Source: a virus (taxonomy: Duplodnaviria; Caudoviricetes). Taken from it: a stretch of DNA of 24,558 nt. Position 1 is the first letter of the stretch; each line of letters starts with the position of its first letter. Position numbers and translations under genes: made by a program. This document shows, piece after piece, positions 8,050-15,191 of this stretch. Below the pieces are notes generated by a model that saw only the letters and a program-made list of their open reading frames with translations, had not been told where the DNA came from and ran no database searches. Where the stretch lies: positions 1-24,558 of the IMG/VR virus record IMGVR_UViG_3300044820_000185. One strand, 5' to 3'.

Positions 8050-8436
8050 ATGGCACGTTCAACTCACAATTTGGCGGAGGTAATGGCGCGCTGTGTGTGC
8101 GGCCGCGAACCGATGGTGCGCGAGGAGCACTCCGGCGGCTACCACGTCCAGCGCGTGGTGTGCGACTGCGGCCGGCAGACGCAGGCCTCGGATGATTTGC
8201 TCGCGATCGTGGCCGATTGGAACGAGCAGACGGAGCTGAGGACGGACGCAGGGCACGGTTGTCTGGGCGCGGTGGCGGGCCTCGGTTTGATCGGAGACGG
8301 CTGGGATGTGATTCTCGGGACCTCGCTGTTTGTCCTATGCTGTCTGGCGGCGGTCTACCTGGTCGCGGTGTGGATGGGGCGGCCGCCACGGCGGCATCAT
8401 CATCGAGATATAGGGGAAGTCAGGAGGCACCGATGA
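8050..8436 (+). CDS. Zn-ribbon plus membrane-segment hypothetical protein
   Basis: RCVCG..VCDCG..DWN N-terminal module followed by hydrophobic segments. Confidence 0.6.
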   Translation: MARSTHNLAEVMARCVCGREPMVREEHSGGYHVQRVVCDCGRQTQASDDLLAIVADWNEQTELRTDAGHGCLGAVAGLGLIGDGWDVILGTSLFVLCCLAAVYLVAVWMGRPPRRHHHRDIGEVRRHR

Positions 8437-9614
8437 GAGCGCTTGAGACTTTCGCTGGGAAAGGCCCTGCCGGAGCCGGCGGCGCGATTGACCAGATCAT
8501 TGGCACCTTTGGCCCGCTGAGCCTCATCGAGGAGCATGACCTGACAGGCCTGGAGCATCGCGTCAAGAAGGGCCTGGAAACGTTCATCGACACGGCTGAG
8601 GCGCTGCTGGAAATCCGGGACCGGAAGCTCTACCGGGCGAAATACTGCTCCTTTGAGCAGTATTGCCGGGAGCGCTGGAACATGACGGCCAGGCGGGCCC
8701 GGCAGATTTGCGCGGCCAGCGACGTGGTCCACGAGCTGCAGGGGAACAATTGTTCCACGCTGCCGGCGACGGAGAGCCAGGCCAGGCCGCTCACGACGCT
8801 GCCCAAGGAGCAACGGGCCGAGGCCTGGCAGGAGGCCGTGGCGGCCGCCCCGGCCGGCGCGGTGACCGCCAAGCACGTGCAGGAGGCGGTGGACCGGCGC
8901 AAGCCGAAGGCGGAGGACGCAGGGCAGGGTCAGGTCAACAAGTGGCCTAAGCCGGACTGGACGGGAAAATACGACAGGTCCCTGCCGGAGGAGATCGTCT
9001 GGCAGCATCGCGATGCCCAAGCGAAGATTCTGGTTCTGCAGGTGGGAAAGAATCTTTGGGCGCATGGGTCCTATTGGCAAATCATGGTAGGCCGGCCTCT
9101 GAAGTCCGGCGGCGAGCTAATGCGCGAAGGCTTTGATGCGGAGAGCCGAGAGCAGGCCATCCATAGCGCTGCCGTGAAGCTGGACGAAGAGGTCCGCGAG
9201 CGGATGCGGATAGACATCGTGAGTTCCAAACAGCAGATGAAGATTGCCGAGAAGATCTGCGCTTGGACGCGGGAAGTGATAGACCGGCAGCAGTTGTCTC
9301 CGCCGAAGCCTGCCGACCCACGGGAAGCCAACGCCAAGGCCGTCGCTGAGCGATGGGCCAAGGCGAAGGTTTTTTACCCCAACAAGGATGGCAACGGCCG
9401 TTCCACGGCCAGGCAGAAGGCGCAGGAAGAGGAGATCAGCGCGAGCCTGGGCCGGGCGCGTGACGCGGCGCGGGAGCTCGAGGAGAAGATCGGGACGGCG
9501 ACCAGCGTAATAAAGGGATCGCTGGCAAAGATGTTGCGGTGTCTGGACGGCATCGAGGATGAGCTCGAGCGCGAAGGCCGGCTGCACAAGAGCCGGCAGG
9601 AGGGCTGGCGATGA
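8433..9614 (+). CDS. Helical/HTH DNA-binding protein (DUF3102-related N-terminal module)
   Basis: AGGAGG RBS and ATGA overlap. The sequence EALLEIRDRKLYRAKYCSFEQYCRERWNMTARRARQICAA...LPATESQARPL is a recurrent phage HTH module. Confidence 0.75.
   Translation: MRALETFAGKGPAGAGGAIDQIIGTFGPLSLIEEHDLTGLEHRVKKGLETFIDTAEALLEIRDRKLYRAKYCSFEQYCRERWNMTARRARQICAASDVVHELQGNNCSTLPATESQARPLTTLPKEQRAEAWQEAVAAAPAGAVTAKHVQEAVDRRKPKAEDAGQGQVNKWPKPDWTGKYDRSLPEEIVWQHRDAQAKILVLQVGKNLWAHGSYWQIMVGRPLKSGGELMREGFDAESREQAIHSAAVKLDEEVRERMRIDIVSSKQQMKIAEKICAWTREVIDRQQLSPPKPADPREANAKAVAERWAKAKVFYPNKDGNGRSTARQKAQEEEISASLGRARDAARELEEKIGTATSVIKGSLAKMLRCLDGIEDELEREGRLHKSRQEGWR
8743..8756. repeat. Palindrome GGAACAATTGTTCC, copy 2 (inside the HTH gene, encoding G-N-N-C-S)
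   Basis: Exact copy, located just after the putative HTH coding segment. Confidence 0.95.
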
Positions 9615-9991
9615 GCGAACAAACCTGCAAGGCCTGCGGCTGCACGGAGGATCGAGCCTGCGTAACTGATGGAGTGGCGTGCCGCTGGGTGAAGCCTGGA
9701 TTTTGCTCGGTTTGCTACGACAAAGCGCTGAATCAGCTCAGGATCAACGCGACCAGGACGGTGAAGTTTAACCTGCCGGTGCCAGTGGCTTTCAGCCTGG
9801 TGGCCGTGATTCAATTGGCCTGCAGGCATCCTGAGTTCCAGGGGCAGACGCGGGATTTGATGGAGGGAATGGCGCGGGAGATTGCCGATGTCGTGGCCAA
9901 ACGCGGGCCGCTGAAGGCTCTCATGGAGGCCGGCTGGGGGCCAGAGGAAGATCACCCACGGGACCCGAGAACTCGGATCATCATCCCCTAA
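9611..9991 (+). CDS. Cys-rich Zn-binding hypothetical protein
   Basis: CKACGCTEDRAC...CRWV...CSVC motif. ATGA overlap. Confidence 0.75.
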   Translation: MSEQTCKACGCTEDRACVTDGVACRWVKPGFCSVCYDKALNQLRINATRTVKFNLPVPVAFSLVAVIQLACRHPEFQGQTRDLMEGMAREIADVVAKRGPLKALMEAGWGPEEDHPRDPRTRIIIP

Positions 9992-10063
9992 AAGAAGGGC
10001 CGGCGCACTCGCGCCGGCTGTGAAAATAGCAAACCCATTTGCCGCCCCAACCTTATCCCCAGA

Positions 10064-11254
10064 ATGAGCCCAATTCAAGACAATTGCCCTATTAGACGGC
10101 CCTCGGAGCAGGAGTTCGCCTACGCGCGGTTGGCGGTTTTGGACCAGGTGACCGAGCGGGATTTTGGAAAGCGGGAGGGGCTGATCTTGGCGCTGCTGGC
10201 CAAGGAGAGCTTTGGTCGGGCCCGAACGCGGGCTTACATCCCGCGGCCCAAGACGGGCCGAAAGTATGATTTGCTGGCGGCTTGGACTCGCATCAGCACC
10301 AGCAACGTGAGTCAGGTGATTGACGGATTGAAGGCGCGGCTGGTGATTTGGGAGCGTCCCGAATCGTGGTACGCCATCAACGTCAATTTCGGGGATTGGC
10401 GCGTAGCGCTGCGCGTGCAGTCCGATTGGGTGGCGGAGCAGGGAGAGTTGGACGTGGATGGCCCGCGACTGGACGAGGCGCTCCTTGACGTCTTCGTGGC
10501 GTCCAGAGAGGGCAGGTTCGACTTAGTTGACGGGGAGAGGGTCCGGGGTAATATTTCGGCGGCAAACGGCCTGGGAGCGTCCCAGACCGGGTATTCAAGC
10601 CTTGAGACACGGGACCGGGACGCCGGGACCGTGGACGGGCAAATACTGCCACAGCAAACAAACGCGCACGCCGGTGGGTCGGTCCATGTGAGTGGTCCAT
10701 CCGCCGGCGGCGCGGATCGTTGCAGGACCGGGGCGGCCGGTCAAGTTTTGGAGTCCGTTCCCGAATCGGGAACGGCTGTACCCGATTCGGGAACGCGCGT
10801 TCCCGAATCGGGAACGGGATGCGGAATCTCCCCCCACACCCCCCTCTTAGGTCGTTTAAACGTTGAAACGTTACAACGTTTAAACGAGCAAGAAGCGGTT
10901 CCCGAATCGGGAACGACCGTTCCTGAATCGGGAACGAGAGCGGGAGGGCAAGCCAAACGCGGTTGGCGCTCGAGGCCGGTGACCTGGCCGGAAGAGCGGC
11001 GTCTGCTTCGGCGCATCGGCGAGTTTGTGGGGGATGATGACATCGCCCGCAGCGCCCCGATGTGGGTGACGCGGGTGATCCGCAACATCCAAACCGCAGT
11101 CATCGAGGAAAGCGTCTCCGAGGCCCTGCACCGGGCCAGGACGGGCTATCCGTTCCGGAACCGGCCTGGATGGCTCATGACGGAGCTTGCCAGGACGGCG
11201 GGGGTCTCGAGCTGGGGGGAAGTTGCCGCTGGCCCGGAGCCGTTCGGCGACTAA
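10064..11254 (+). CDS. Replication initiator (lambda O-like architecture)
   Basis: N-terminal wHTH (YDLLAAWTRISTSNVSQVIDGLKARLVI...YAINVNFGDW), a central iteron-encoded VPESGT region, and a C-terminal helical domain. Confidence 0.75.
   Translation: MSPIQDNCPIRRPSEQEFAYARLAVLDQVTERDFGKREGLILALLAKESFGRARTRAYIPRPKTGRKYDLLAAWTRISTSNVSQVIDGLKARLVIWERPESWYAINVNFGDWRVALRVQSDWVAEQGELDVDGPRLDEALLDVFVASREGRFDLVDGERVRGNISAANGLGASQTGYSSLETRDRDAGTVDGQILPQQTNAHAGGSVHVSGPSAGGADRCRTGAAGQVLESVPESGTAVPDSGTRVPESGTGCGISPHTPLLGRLNVETLQRLNEQEAVPESGTTVPESGTRAGGQAKRGWRSRPVTWPEERRLLRRIGEFVGDDDIARSAPMWVTRVIRNIQTAVIEESVSEALHRARTGYPFRNRPGWLMTELARTAGVSSWGEVAAGPEPFGD
10757..10935. repeat. Replication origin: five 17-bp palindromic iterons around an AT-rich inverted repeat
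   Basis: GTTCCCGAATCGGGAAC or close variants at 10757, 10778, 10799, 10898 and 10919 (21-bp period). TCGTTTAAACGTTG-N8-CAACGTTTAAACGA at 10852-10887. Confidence 0.85.
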
Positions 11255-11266
11255 GGAGAAATCGCC

Positions 11267-11641
11267 ATGCAACGCCAAACCGCAATGCGTGGTTTCAGTC
11301 GCCGGGAAATGGTGGTCGCCGGCGGGATCCTGACCTTGGTCTGCGACCGCTACAGCGTCACGCTTTGCCGCCTGGCTGCGCCTGACCGGCATTGGGAGGT
11401 CACATGGCCGCGCTGGGTGGCGATGGACCTCCTGAGGCGATTCTGCGGCCTCAGCATGCGCCAAATCGGGAGGATGTTCCGCCGGGACCACAGCGCCGCG
11501 GTGCACGCCATAAAGAGCGTCACCGAGGAATGCAGGACGTATCAGAGAAAGCAGGTGGAGATCGCCGAACTCGAGGTAATGATCAGATCGGACCTCAAAC
11601 TTGGGATCGGCATGGAATTCTGCCTGGAGGTGGCGCGATGA
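11267..11641 (+). CDS. Stand-alone DnaA C-terminal (domain IV) HTH protein
   Basis: PRWVAMDLLRRFCGLSMRQIGRMFRRDHSAAVHA matches the DnaA domain IV signature (RDHSTV-like). AAGGAG RBS. Confidence 0.85.
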   Translation: MQRQTAMRGFSRREMVVAGGILTLVCDRYSVTLCRLAAPDRHWEVTWPRWVAMDLLRRFCGLSMRQIGRMFRRDHSAAVHAIKSVTEECRTYQRKQVEIAELEVMIRSDLKLGIGMEFCLEVAR

Positions 11642-11961
11642 ATTGCCAGCCATTCAAGCTCGAGGGCGGCGGAGGCGGGTTCATCTGCGGCGGTCGGATG
11701 CTGCCCGAGAAGGCCCGTGAACTACCGCGGCCGGCGGCCGCGGCGTCGGAGGCCGCGCGCGATGGCATCTACATCAGCCATACCTGCGGGTTCTGCGGGC
11801 AACGGGGCGGGCAATATCTGAGGCATTACGATATCGTCCGCTGCAGTTGCGGGAAGGTTTTCTGGGTGCTGCAACCAAAGCGCAACGGGCCGCTTAAACT
11901 CTTCATCCACCCAGTCCTCAATGGGATTCCGCCGCAGGACCTGGCCGAGCATCGGCGTTAA
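11638..11961 (+). CDS. Zn-finger hypothetical protein
   Basis: GGAGG RBS and ATGA overlap. CGFC and CSC motifs. Confidence 0.65.
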   Translation: MNCQPFKLEGGGGGFICGGRMLPEKARELPRPAAAASEAARDGIYISHTCGFCGQRGGQYLRHYDIVRCSCGKVFWVLQPKRNGPLKLFIHPVLNGIPPQDLAEHRR

Positions 11962-12220
11962 TGCTGCGCGATCCCTCTTGCCCAATGCGCAACAGGCGCG
12001 CCCTTTTAGCCGCGGGATGGCGGAACAATTGATGGCGGGACATTATCAGGTCCAGACATTCCTGATCTTCGGCCTCCGGCGGAGGCGAGGCATAATCCTT
12101 GAGCTCTGGGAGATTTGATTTGAGGGTGACTGCAGAGAAGTTTCCCGGTCTCGCCGTTTTCACCAGCACATCATACCCAAGAGCCCATCAGCAAACCATA
12201 GGGTAAGTGCCCCAGGACGG

Positions 12221-12505
12221 CTAGGCCACCATGGTGAGCTTTTCCATCTTGCGGACGCGCCTGGTATTGGCGGCGCGGATGGCTAAGCGGCAATTCTCAC
12301 AAGCTTCGGGCTGCATGCGATGAAGCAGCTCGAGGGAGCACTCGATATCGAGCTTGAGAAAGACTCGATGGAGGTGGGTTTTGACCGTGTTTGAGCTAAT
12401 CCCCAATTCGTCGGCAACCTGTTTGATTGCCAGGCCGCGCGAACGTGCTCTCACTATTTCCCTTTCCCGGTCGCTGAGATGGAATGGGGCGCACTCGCTT
12501 AACAT
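12221..12505 (-). CDS. Stand-alone LuxR/GerE-type HTH regulator
   Basis: LSDREREIV...GLAIKQVADELGISSNTVKTHLHRVFLKLDI is the LuxR HTH signature. It has a C-terminal CENC. Confidence 0.9.
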   Translation of the reverse strand: MLSECAPFHLSDREREIVRARSRGLAIKQVADELGISSNTVKTHLHRVFLKLDIECSLELLHRMQPEACENCRLAIRAANTRRVRKMEKLTMVA

Positions 12506-12538
12506 GCGGCAACGCTAGCAAATCGGCTCATAAATTCC

Positions 12539-12575
12539 AGTCATCCGAAAGGATGACTACCAAAGGACGACTACC
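12539..12575. promoter_or_regulatory. Candidate LuxR/NarL-type operator
   Basis: Inverted repeat AGTCATCC-GAAA-GGATGACT (12539-12558) overlaps the tandem 14-mers AAAGGAYGACTACC (12548, 12562), between the divergent luxR-like and gam-like genes. Confidence 0.6.
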
Positions 12576-12583
12576 GGAGGTCC

Positions 12584-13162
12584 ATGGACAAGCGCAAGCT
12601 GGCGCCCATGGAAAAGCTTCTGCCCATCAAATCCCGAGAACAGGCTGGCGAGGTTATTGCCGGCAATGCGCGCCTGGTCGCCCTGCTCAAGAAGACGCTC
12701 GCGCTGCGGGATCAGCGGCTCATCGAAGTGCGGGAGGACTACAAGGAATCGATCGAGAACCTGCAGCGCTCGATAGATAATGGCGAGGCCAGGCTCCGGG
12801 CCTGGGCGGATGAGAACCGGGCCGAGGAATTCGGCGACTCTCAATTCACGGAGTTCACCGCCGGCACGCTCAAATATCGAATGGGCCCATCCAAGCTCGC
12901 ACTGCGCGCCGGCGCAACCTGGGAGAAGGCACTGCAGAAGCTATTAGCCTTCGGGCCCGTGTCCATGTGGGCACAGTACATCCGTAAAGAACCGGAAATA
13001 GACAAGCGGAAGCTGCTGGAACACACCAAAGAGGAAAAGCCAGGCACTGCAAAGCTCCCGCCGGCGCAGCTCGAGAAGATCGGCCTTAAAATCGTCCGCG
13101 ATGAATTCTTCCAGATCGACTACATCCCCCAGAGCACATCGCCCGATGTGCCTCGCGCGTGA
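12584..13162 (+). CDS. gam: Mu Gam-like host-nuclease inhibitor / DNA end-binding protein
   Basis: Long N-terminal helices, then LRAWADENR..F...GTLKYRMGP, YIRKEPEIDKRKLL and LEKIGLKIVRDEFFQI. GGAGG RBS. Confidence 0.85.
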   Translation: MDKRKLAPMEKLLPIKSREQAGEVIAGNARLVALLKKTLALRDQRLIEVREDYKESIENLQRSIDNGEARLRAWADENRAEEFGDSQFTEFTAGTLKYRMGPSKLALRAGATWEKALQKLLAFGPVSMWAQYIRKEPEIDKRKLLEHTKEEKPGTAKLPPAQLEKIGLKIVRDEFFQIDYIPQSTSPDVPRA

Positions 13163-13554
13163 AAGCGCCGCGCTCAGATGGATTGGGCTATGAGTACTCG
13201 GATCATCCGGTTCCGGTCTGCCAATTCGATTACGATGCCGTCGACCAGGCTGTCTTCGGGTTCGCTGGTGATGAGGAACAAAACGAGCTCACCCAGGAGC
13301 AGGTGAACGGCGCCGTGCTCATGCTCCGATTGCTGCTCAACTGGGTCTGGCAGGATGGCATGAAAAATCCGGACGGGCTGCAGCTCCGCTCGATGGTGAT
13401 CTGCTGGGTATTCCTAAAGGAGCTGCGCCCAATGCAATTGAGCGAGTTGGCTCGCGGCTTCGGCAAAAAAAAACAATCGCTAGGGCGCTGGGTGGATGAC
13501 TTCAAGCGGCGCTTCCCAAACATTCGAACCCCTCACATGAGGCACAATCAATGA
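13159..13554 (+). CDS. C-terminal HTH protein, candidate late-gene regulator
   Basis: MQLSELARGFGKKKQSLGRWVDDFKRRF is HTH-like. It lies just upstream of the packaging module. Confidence 0.6.
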   Translation: MKAPRSDGLGYEYSDHPVPVCQFDYDAVDQAVFGFAGDEEQNELTQEQVNGAVLMLRLLLNWVWQDGMKNPDGLQLRSMVICWVFLKELRPMQLSELARGFGKKKQSLGRWVDDFKRRFPNIRTPHMRHNQ

Positions 13555-14063
13555 ACGATCTCACGATATTGGCGCGGCGCATTAACGAACGAGAGAAGGA
13601 CATCGAGGCGCTGCGCAAACTGGCGATCGAGAAGGTCAACGACACGCTCAGGGAAGTGCTGCTGCAGGGCCAGGACCTGATCGAGATGAAGAGCCGATGC
13701 CGGCACGGGACCTGGCTGAATCAACTGCGCGTGACTTGCCCAATGGTTTCGGAACGTAGAGCAGAGCGCTACATGGCTCTGGCTCGCAGCGTGGCCAATG
13801 GTGCCAGCGTCGACGAGGCGCAGAGCTTGCGCAGCCTCCTGGCCATCTGCGGCATGGAAGGCGAGGAAGAGCGGCAGGAACCCAAACGGTGGCCAAGCTA
13901 CCTGGAGGCCATTGGGCGCTTATCGAAGGTAGTAGGTTACGTTACTAAATTCCCGGTGGCCCAGTGGCCATCTGAAGGGGTGGACAAGTTCAGGGAACAA
14001 TTGTTCCCCATCGCCCGCGAACTATGGCCAGATAAGTTTACTGATACGGATAAGCACATATGA
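13551..14063 (+). CDS. DUF3102-like protein
   Basis: QGQDLIEMKSRCRHGTWLNQL...VSERRAERYMALAR matches the G-x-x-L-x-x-x-K...HG-x-W...S-x-R-x-A-x-R-Y-M pattern. Confidence 0.75.
   Translation: MNDLTILARRINEREKDIEALRKLAIEKVNDTLREVLLQGQDLIEMKSRCRHGTWLNQLRVTCPMVSERRAERYMALARSVANGASVDEAQSLRSLLAICGMEGEEERQEPKRWPSYLEAIGRLSKVVGYVTKFPVAQWPSEGVDKFREQLFPIARELWPDKFTDTDKHI
13994..14007. repeat. Palindrome GGAACAATTGTTCC, copy 3 (16-bp perfect at 13993-14008)
   Basis: Exact copy inside the DUF3102-like gene, read in a different frame (R-E-Q-L-F-P) from copy 2. Confidence 0.95.
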
Positions 14064-14169
14064 TACTCATCCCCCAGGCTCGACGAAGCGCGGCGCCGGC
14101 CACCCCCGGTAAGGAATCTCTTGAGCGGTTTTTGGCCGAAACAGGTGACCAAGCGCGCCCTGGGGGCCT

Positions 14170-14661
14170 ATGAGGGCCTCCGGAAATCCGCGTTGCAGTT
14201 TCAAGATTGTCGGAGGGAGCCTGACGATTGAGCCGATCGAAACGACGCGCGGCCGGCGGCTGCGCCTGGTCGCTCAGGATGAAATGGAGGGCTGGAACCA
14301 GCCGATGGGAAAAGGCAGCGCCATCGGCAGGGCAGTGGACCTGGTCTATTTTCGCAACCGCGAGATCTTCCGGCTGCGCAGTTACTTCGGCCACTTCTGG
14401 CTCATGGCCTGGCGCGGCCGACATTGGCAGCGGCTGGGAATCGTCCGGCCGGAATTCGAGGGCTGGGTAAGAGCGCACGCCGGCGTGCTCGATGAGCAAA
14501 GCGCGGAGCTCCTGGCCGGTGGAATTCCGTTCCTGAAACCTGATGACGGCCACCGCTTATTGTGCGAGAGCCCCGACAAAAGCAGAAGCATCCCCGAGCC
14601 AGCAAGCCTCAACGGCGCAAGGCGCCGGCGGCCAGGGCGCCCTCGAAAATACGCCCCCTAA
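14170..14661 (+). CDS. Hypothetical protein ending in an AT-hook-like RRPGRPRK
   Basis: 163-aa ORF. Its 3' end overlaps the low-complexity 5' end of the small terminase ORF. Confidence 0.5.
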   Translation: MRASGNPRCSFKIVGGSLTIEPIETTRGRRLRLVAQDEMEGWNQPMGKGSAIGRAVDLVYFRNREIFRLRSYFGHFWLMAWRGRHWQRLGIVRPEFEGWVRAHAGVLDEQSAELLAGGIPFLKPDDGHRLLCESPDKSRSIPEPASLNGARRRRPGRPRKYAP

Positions 14662-15191
14662 AAAAGGCCGACCAGGTCGCTCCGATTGTCGAGGCCTCGC
14701 CCGCGGCCGCGACGCCGGCGGCCGGCCAGGACCTGGTGCGGGCCGAGCAGCTCCGCGCCTGGACCGGGCTTACCGACCGCCGGCACCGACAGCTCGCAGA
14801 GCTGGGATATTTTCCTCCACCGGTCCGCGGGTGGTACCAGCGGGAGCCGACGATCGCTGGACTGTTCAGGTACCTAAATGAGCTGCTCCACAAGAAGGAT
14901 GATTCGCTGGCGATCGAACAGCGCAAGCTCGCGGTCGCCAAGCGCGAAAAGCTCGAGGAGGAACTCGCCATCTTGCGCGGCCAATATGTGAAGGCCGAGG
15001 AGATCGGCCCGGCGCTGCGCAACGTGGCGCTGCACCAGAAGGCCACGCTGCAGTTCAAGCTTGAGAACGAGCTGGCGACCAACCTCGCCGGCAAAACCAC
15101 GGAGGAGATTCTCTCGATGATGAAGCGGGCGACCGATGAGATCTGCAGGGCCTTCACCGAGGGCGTGCGCAAATGGATCGAGCAAAGCTAA
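14562..15191 (+). CDS. terS: Terminase small subunit (Nu1-like)
   Basis: wHTH AEQLRAWTGLTDRRHRQLAELGYFP..RGWY, then the coiled coil EQRKLAVAKREKLEEELAILRGQYV. It directly precedes terL. The start is uncertain. Confidence 0.85.
   Translation: MREPRQKQKHPRASKPQRRKAPAARAPSKIRPLKKADQVAPIVEASPAAATPAAGQDLVRAEQLRAWTGLTDRRHRQLAELGYFPPPVRGWYQREPTIAGLFRYLNELLHKKDDSLAIEQRKLAVAKREKLEEELAILRGQYVKAEEIGPALRNVALHQKATLQFKLENELATNLAGKTTEEILSMMKRATDEICRAFTEGVRKWIEQS

Noticed and set aside
10757-10935. CRISPR-like array
   Set aside because: The repeats are 17 bp with 4-bp gaps, lie in frame inside a replication gene, and no cas genes are present.
11918-12169. 83-aa minus-strand ORF downstream of the luxR-like gene
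   Set aside because: It has no motif, overlaps the convergent gene, and competes with a + strand ORF. Coding status is undecidable by eye.
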